Source of the DNA: Planctomycetota bacterium
GTDB lineage: Bacteria > Planctomycetota > UBA8108 > SXIK01
DNA length: 64,000 nucleotides
Assembly (NCBI GenBank): GCA_965223265.1
Contig: OZ244999.1
Location: 6,816,001-6,880,000, forward strand
Reading direction: 5' to 3'
Shown: positions 59,207 to 64,000 of the stretch, piece after piece
Numbering within the stretch: the first letter of the stretch is position 1
Layout of the letters: every line of letters starts with the position of its first letter
The notes under the pieces: generated by a model
Told to the model about the DNA's origin: nothing
What the model saw: the letters and a program-made list of their open reading frames with translations, nothing else
The model's database searches: none
Position numbers and translations under genes: made by a program

Positions 59207-59992
59207 TTAGTCCCTCGGCAAGTAGACACCGGACGGGTCGATCACCTCGCGCAGAAGTCGAACGTCTTCTGCACTCGGACCGACTGTCGTCGGTGCCTCG
59301 TCTGGCAGGAGTAAATCGAATCCCGTGTTCTCTTTCACCTCGTCGAGACTGACTCCGGGATGCAGCGATTCGAGCCGCATGCGCTTCGTCGCGTCGTCGA
59401 ACCCCAAGATGGCGAGGTTGGTGATCACGCGCACAGGTCCCGCGCCGCGCAGTCCGTTCGCCTCACGCTCACCAGCCCCGCCGAGGTGACCGGGAGTCGT
59501 GACGTATCCGACGCGGCTGGGAAACTTGCGCCGCTCGTGCGGCACGATCACGACGACGCGTTTAGCGAGCGACGCGATGTCGTTGGCGCCGCCACTTCCC
59601 GGTAGGCGCACCTTCGGCCGGCGGTAGTCGCCAATCGCCGTCGAGTTGATGTTGCCGTACTGGTCGATTTCTGCCGCTCCCAGAAACCCCAAGTCCACGA
59701 AACCCCCTTGGAGAAGACTCAGCGCGTAGTAGAGCCCTGAAGTCTTGGTGCAATCTGTCATCAGACAAAAGTCGCCGACGCCGGTCGCCAACGACTCCGG
59801 CTGCGCATCGATGATCCCCGACTCGAAGAACATGGTGACGCCGGGGGCGTGCGTATACTTGGCGAGGTAGGCGGCAATCATCGGCAGACCGGTACCGATG
59901 ATGGCGACTTCGCTGTCACGGATCTCGCGCGCCGCGGCGACCGCCATCAATTCTTCGCGACTACACTCCTGAATCTGTTGCTGACTGCTCAT
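59207..59992 (-). CDS. glutaconate CoA-transferase-like beta subunit with catalytic Glu
   Basis: IGTGLP, FFESGII, FLGAAEIDQYGNINST, LPGSGGANDIAS. Confidence 0.9.
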   Translation of the reverse strand: MSSQQQIQECSREELMAVAAAREIRDSEVAIIGTGLPMIAAYLAKYTHAPGVTMFFESGIIDAQPESLATGVGDFCLMTDCTKTSGLYYALSLLQGGFVDLGFLGAAEIDQYGNINSTAIGDYRRPKVRLPGSGGANDIASLAKRVVVIVPHERRKFPSRVGYVTTPGHLGGAGEREANGLRGAGPVRVITNLAILGFDDATKRMRLESLHPGVSLDEVKENTGFDLLLPDEAPTTVGPSAEDVRLLREVIDPSGVYLPRD

Positions 59993-60178
59993 GACTCGAC
60001 TTAAGCTCGAAGCTTCTCTAACGGACCTCTTGAAGACAACCGCGCCAGCGTCGAATAGCGGCATCGAACACAGCGTCGAACGGCGACGCGACTCGAGCCG
60101 AGGACTTCAGTGCAGCGCGTCTGAGCGTGAGGTCTCGAATGGTGGCTGTATCGCATCTTGATCCGAAGCACTGAGCCG

Positions 60179-61084
60179 CTAGTATCCGAGATACGGATCT
60201 GCACGCAGAGACGTCAGCCGTCGCAGGCCAATCTTGTCGAGGTAGCTCCAGTGGTCCTCGACGTTGTAAACGAACTCGTCAAGGTACTCCTGAAACGACT
60301 CCTCCTGTCTGGACGCATCCCAATAGTGTTGGATGTGCTCGCTATCATAGTTGTAGTAACGAAACATGCCGGCGGGATGGGCGCCGAAAGGCAACTCGAC
60401 AACGGCGTCAACCACGAATGACGGCAGGATGGTCGCTTCGGGGCGCCGCGCGATCTGGCGTCGGTCGACGACCTCTTCCACAGAGACAACCACCTTGCGC
60501 GCTGCGCGCGCCTGCTCGTCGATAATCGAAGTCATACCGAAAATCTGCGTGTTTCCTTCGCGATCGGCCCGGGCCGCGTGAATGAACGCAACGTCCGGCT
60601 GCACGGCACGCACTGAAACGTACGACTCACCCGTGAACGGGCACTGCGACATCCTATGCTTGTCGGCGTCGAAGCTCGTCACTTTCAGAATGTCGGTCCC
60701 CGCCATGACTTTCGTCGGCATCGACGACAGTCCCAAGGATCCCGCCATGAATCGCGATGTGATCCCGAAGTGACTGTAGTCCTCGACTTCCAATTGACCG
60801 CTCTCGACAGCGCGTGAAAAGTTTCGACAACGACCGAAACCTTCGAACATATAGTTCGACAGACGGGTCCGCCGCAGACGTCCGGCGCCGCTGAGAAGAT
60901 CGGCCGCCCAGCATTCGCCCATCGAGCTCAATTCGAGATCCTTCGCGCCTTGGCGAATGATCTCGCGGACAAGTGCGATCGGCGCGAGAGAATGCGCGAA
61001 GCCGCTGAACGTCAGATGACTACCATCCTTGACGACGGCCGCAGCCTCAGTGAGTGAAATCAGCTTGTCAGGAGCGGCGGTCAT
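60179..61084 (-). CDS. glutaconate CoA-transferase-like alpha subunit
   Basis: KLISLTEA, REIIRQG, EDYSH, PDVAFIHA.RAD.EGN, LPFGAHP. Confidence 0.9.
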   Translation of the reverse strand: MTAAPDKLISLTEAAAVVKDGSHLTFSGFAHSLAPIALVREIIRQGAKDLELSSMGECWAADLLSGAGRLRRTRLSNYMFEGFGRCRNFSRAVESGQLEVEDYSHFGITSRFMAGSLGLSSMPTKVMAGTDILKVTSFDADKHRMSQCPFTGESYVSVRAVQPDVAFIHAARADREGNTQIFGMTSIIDEQARAARKVVVSVEEVVDRRQIARRPEATILPSFVVDAVVELPFGAHPAGMFRYYNYDSEHIQHYWDASRQEESFQEYLDEFVYNVEDHWSYLDKIGLRRLTSLRADPYLGY

Positions 61085-61308
61085 AGAACGCGCGGTTGTT
61101 CCTCAACAGTGGTTGTAGTTGAGCGCAGTTGAACCGAATATAGTAGCTTGTCCGGGGCACGCGAGGTAAGTAAAATCTCGCTTCGAGAATGCGGTCGAGA
61201 TGGGCGGCTGCCGGCAGATTTCTTCGCCGTAGGGGCGGCCGGTTTTTCGTCGCTCATACTCCGCTACAGTCCGCAAGACGAATCGATCAACCTGACTGAG
61301 GAGAGGCA

Positions 61309-62343
61309 ATGCCATTCCGAATGATCTGTATCGCGGTGCCCTTTTTCGCCTTTGGCTGCACCGATGGCGGTGGCGACAACGCGAGCGAGACATTCACCGT
61401 GCGCATGGCGACGCTCTTCGGGAAGGAACATCACTTGGCGCAAAAGCTCGAGTGGATGAAGACTGAACTCGAGAAACGAAGCGGTGGACGTTTTCAGTGC
61501 AAGGTCTTTCCTGGGGGTACGGTCGGCGGCGAGAAGGAGAATCTCGAAGACCTTCTCAGCGGCAACCTCGAAGTGATGAATGGCGCCGGAAGCTACTTCT
61601 ACCACTTCGTTCCTGAGGCGAGCGTTCTGGAGTTACCTCACTACCGTTGGCAGAGCAAAAAGCAGGCATGGGAAACTATCCGTGCCTATTGGCCGAAGTT
61701 TGCAGAGGTGTCGGAGAAGAAAGGCTACACCCCCATCGGACTCGATATCCGGGACTACTGGGGCGTCTTTTACAAAACCCCCGTCGACTCCCTAGCCGCC
61801 GTGAAGAACGCCAAGTTCCGCTCCGTCAACGCCGACCTGTGGATCAAGCTGACGGAGGTCTACGGCGCGGTCCCCAACCCGATTCCCTACGCCGACGCAT
61901 ACATGGCGTTCAAGACCGGTGTTGCGGAGGGCTCGCTCGGCTCGGTGACGGGCGCCGTCGCTGCGAATTGGCACGAAGTCCTGAAGTGCTTCTTCGACAC
62001 CCGGCTCGTCTTGAGCGAAAGTCTTATGCTGGCGTCGACCAGCTGGCTCAAGGGGCTGCCGGAAGATCTACGGACTTTGTTTCTCGAGGTGTCGCGCGAG
62101 AGTGAAGAGTTTAACTTCAAAGCGGTCGAGAAGCAGTACGCCGCCAACAAGCAGGAGATGCTCGACGCCGGTGTCAAATGGATCAAGCGTGAAGACATCG
62201 ACATGAGCGAACTCGACGCGAAAGTACCGGCCTGGCGTGACGAGTACATGCAGGCGAAAGGCCCGGAAGTCTTTGCGTTCTACAAGGACTGGCTGTCGCA
62301 CGTGGAAGAATACGCAGCCAAGTTCAATGCTGAGAACGGCTAA
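61309..62343 (+). CDS. TRAP transporter substrate-binding protein DctP (lipoprotein)
   Basis: Lipobox AFG-C, FPGGTVGGE, KFRS, GAVPNPIPYADAYMAFKTGV. Confidence 0.9.
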   Translation: MPFRMICIAVPFFAFGCTDGGGDNASETFTVRMATLFGKEHHLAQKLEWMKTELEKRSGGRFQCKVFPGGTVGGEKENLEDLLSGNLEVMNGAGSYFYHFVPEASVLELPHYRWQSKKQAWETIRAYWPKFAEVSEKKGYTPIGLDIRDYWGVFYKTPVDSLAAVKNAKFRSVNADLWIKLTEVYGAVPNPIPYADAYMAFKTGVAEGSLGSVTGAVAANWHEVLKCFFDTRLVLSESLMLASTSWLKGLPEDLRTLFLEVSRESEEFNFKAVEKQYAANKQEMLDAGVKWIKREDIDMSELDAKVPAWRDEYMQAKGPEVFAFYKDWLSHVEEYAAKFNAENG

Positions 62344-62400
62344 TCACGTCGACCGGGTGGCTCCGAGGATCCACGCAGTAGCCGACGAACAGGGATCACG

Positions 62401-62976
62401 TTGACGCCCAGCGCCGCGCACCTCAACACCTACACGAAGGTCACGCGGCGGCTCGTCGAAAGCGTGGCGGTGCTGCTGTTCGTCACCGTCTTGTGCCTAC
62501 AGGCGGTCAACATCTTCCTGCGCTATGTCCCCGCACTGTCGCCGTGGATGTGGGTGGAGGATTTGACCAAGTACGCGCTCATATGGAGCTTCTTTCTCCT
62601 CTGGCACCTCGCTGATCGCAGCGGTAGTCACTTCTCGGTCGATGTGCTGACATCGAGGCTGCCGCCGAAAGGGCGGAAGTTTCTCGACTGCGTCGGACAT
62701 GCCATTGCGATCTTCTTCGCCGCAGCCGTGATCTACAGCGCCGTTCGATTCATTCCCACCGGCATGCAGTACCCGACGAACTCGTTTTCGTGGATCCCGA
62801 TGGGAGTGATCTACTTCGTGATTCCGGTGGGGCTCAGCCTCGTCCTCATCGAACGCGTGCTGCTTCTCGTAGCTCGCCTGAGGCGGACAGCTGACGAAAG
62901 CGCGGCGCCGCCTGGTCTCGACGTGGAGAGTTCAACTGACGAGTTAAGCGACTCCTCAGGAGGCGTTCCAACGTAA
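62401..62976 (+). CDS. TRAP transporter small permease DctQ
   Basis: Four TM helices, WVEDLTKY..IW, HFSVD. Confidence 0.88.
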   Translation: MTPSAAHLNTYTKVTRRLVESVAVLLFVTVLCLQAVNIFLRYVPALSPWMWVEDLTKYALIWSFFLLWHLADRSGSHFSVDVLTSRLPPKGRKFLDCVGHAIAIFFAAAVIYSAVRFIPTGMQYPTNSFSWIPMGVIYFVIPVGLSLVLIERVLLLVARLRRTADESAAPPGLDVESSTDELSDSSGGVPT

Positions 62977-62984
62977 CTGCAGCC

Positions 62985-64000
62985 ATGCTGACTGTCGCGA
63001 TTCTCTTCGGCCTTATGCTCTTTCTGGTCCTCCTCGGCGTGCCGCTGGTTTACAGCATCGGCGCCGCGGCAGCGGTCGTCATCTTCGCTCAAGACGACAT
63101 GAACGTGACACTCCTCGCGGCGAGGATGTTCAAGGGCGTCGACAACTTTGTCCTCGCATCGATTCCCTTCTTTCTCCTCGCCGCAGAGCTGCTCACCAGT
63201 GGCGGACTCGTGCACCGCATCGTTCGCTTCGCGCAGCTGCTCATCGGCCACGTGCGCGGCGGGCTGGCGCAGGCAAACATCTTAGTGAGCATGGTCTTCG
63301 CAGGAATTCAGGCCTCGTGCACTGCGGACAGCGCCGCAATCGGCGGTGTCTTGATTCCTGCCATGACCAAAGAGAAGTACGACAAAGACATCAGCGTCGT
63401 CGTCACCGCGACGTCTTCGTGTTGCGGCCCGATCATCCCGCCGAGCATCCTGATGATCCTCTACGCCTTTCTCACCGAGACTTCCGTGGCGAAGCTCTTT
63501 CTCGGCGGCGCGATCCCGGGACTCCTGCTCGGCTTCGCCCTCATGGCGATCACGCACTTCTGGGTCGTACGGCGCGGCTACAAAAAGAGCCGTGAGCGGA
63601 TGGCTCCAGCACGCGAGATCGGTTCCGCCGCTGTGTCGTCGTCGCCGGCGTTCCTCGTGCCTCTGATCATTCTGGTCGGTCTTGTCGGCGGGATCGTCAC
63701 ACCGACGGAGGCTGGAGTTCTTTCTTGCGTCGCCGCACTCGTCGTCGCCGGTCTCTTCTACCGCGAGCTGACGCCTTCGCGCTGCGTCGGCGCCGTCAAA
63801 CGCGCGGCACACACGACCGCGCTCATCTGGGCCGTGATCGCCGTATCGACGGTCTTCTCAGAAATTCTCGTGCGCAATCTGTTTGCAGACGCGCTCATCG
63901 AGACGATCGCCGTGATCACTACAAGTCCGACCGGCGTGCTATTGATCATTGCGCTCGTCGTGTTTCTGCTCGGCATGGTGATCGACACGACACCGCTCCT
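62985..64000 (+). CDS. TRAP transporter large permease DctM (runs off window)
   Basis: Manual translation: LASIPFFLLAAEL, GGLAQANI, ADSAAIG, GPIIPPSI, TPTEAG. Confidence 0.92.
   Translation, partial: MLTVAILFGLMLFLVLLGVPLVYSIGAAAAVVIFAQDDMNVTLLAARMFKGVDNFVLASIPFFLLAAELLTSGGLVHRIVRFAQLLIGHVRGGLAQANILVSMVFAGIQASCTADSAAIGGVLIPAMTKEKYDKDISVVVTATSSCCGPIIPPSILMILYAFLTETSVAKLFLGGAIPGLLLGFALMAITHFWVVRRGYKKSRERMAPAREIGSAAVSSSPAFLVPLIILVGLVGGIVTPTEAGVLSCVAALVVAGLFYRELTPSRCVGAVKRAAHTTALIWAVIAVSTVFSEILVRNLFADALIETIAVITTSPTGVLLIIALVVFLLGMVIDTTPL

Overview
GC-rich bacterial DNA, probably from a Planctomycetota-like lineage (inferred from the gene repertoire, not proven). The window has five parts. (1) Housekeeping genes: a PIG-L deacetylase, hemL/hemE and hemA/hemC/hemD, lptG-like, ilvE, a chorismate mutase-prephenate dehydratase fused to an apparently dead DAHP-synthase domain, and leuA-cimA behind a Leu/Ile attenuator. 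(2) A ~27 kb type II secretion/pilus-like locus preceded by a membrane Ser/Thr kinase and an FHA-GAF sigma54 activator. It carries three correctly spaced sigma54 -24/-12 promoters, a recurring 19-bp palindromic enhancer-like motif, and embedded Kelch lipoprotein and HEAT-repeat genes. (3) nadB-hflX-cbpA. (4) A mobile-element hotspot with a MITE, a REP and an IS1634 with a tandem-duplicated end. (5) A catabolic cluster with three GctAB-like CoA-transferase pairs (two lack the catalytic beta-Glu), a ThDP enzyme, an FGGY kinase and a divergent TRAP transporter. Several MITE families are present, one inserted in frame into a coding sequence. No rRNA, tRNA or CRISPR array was seen.
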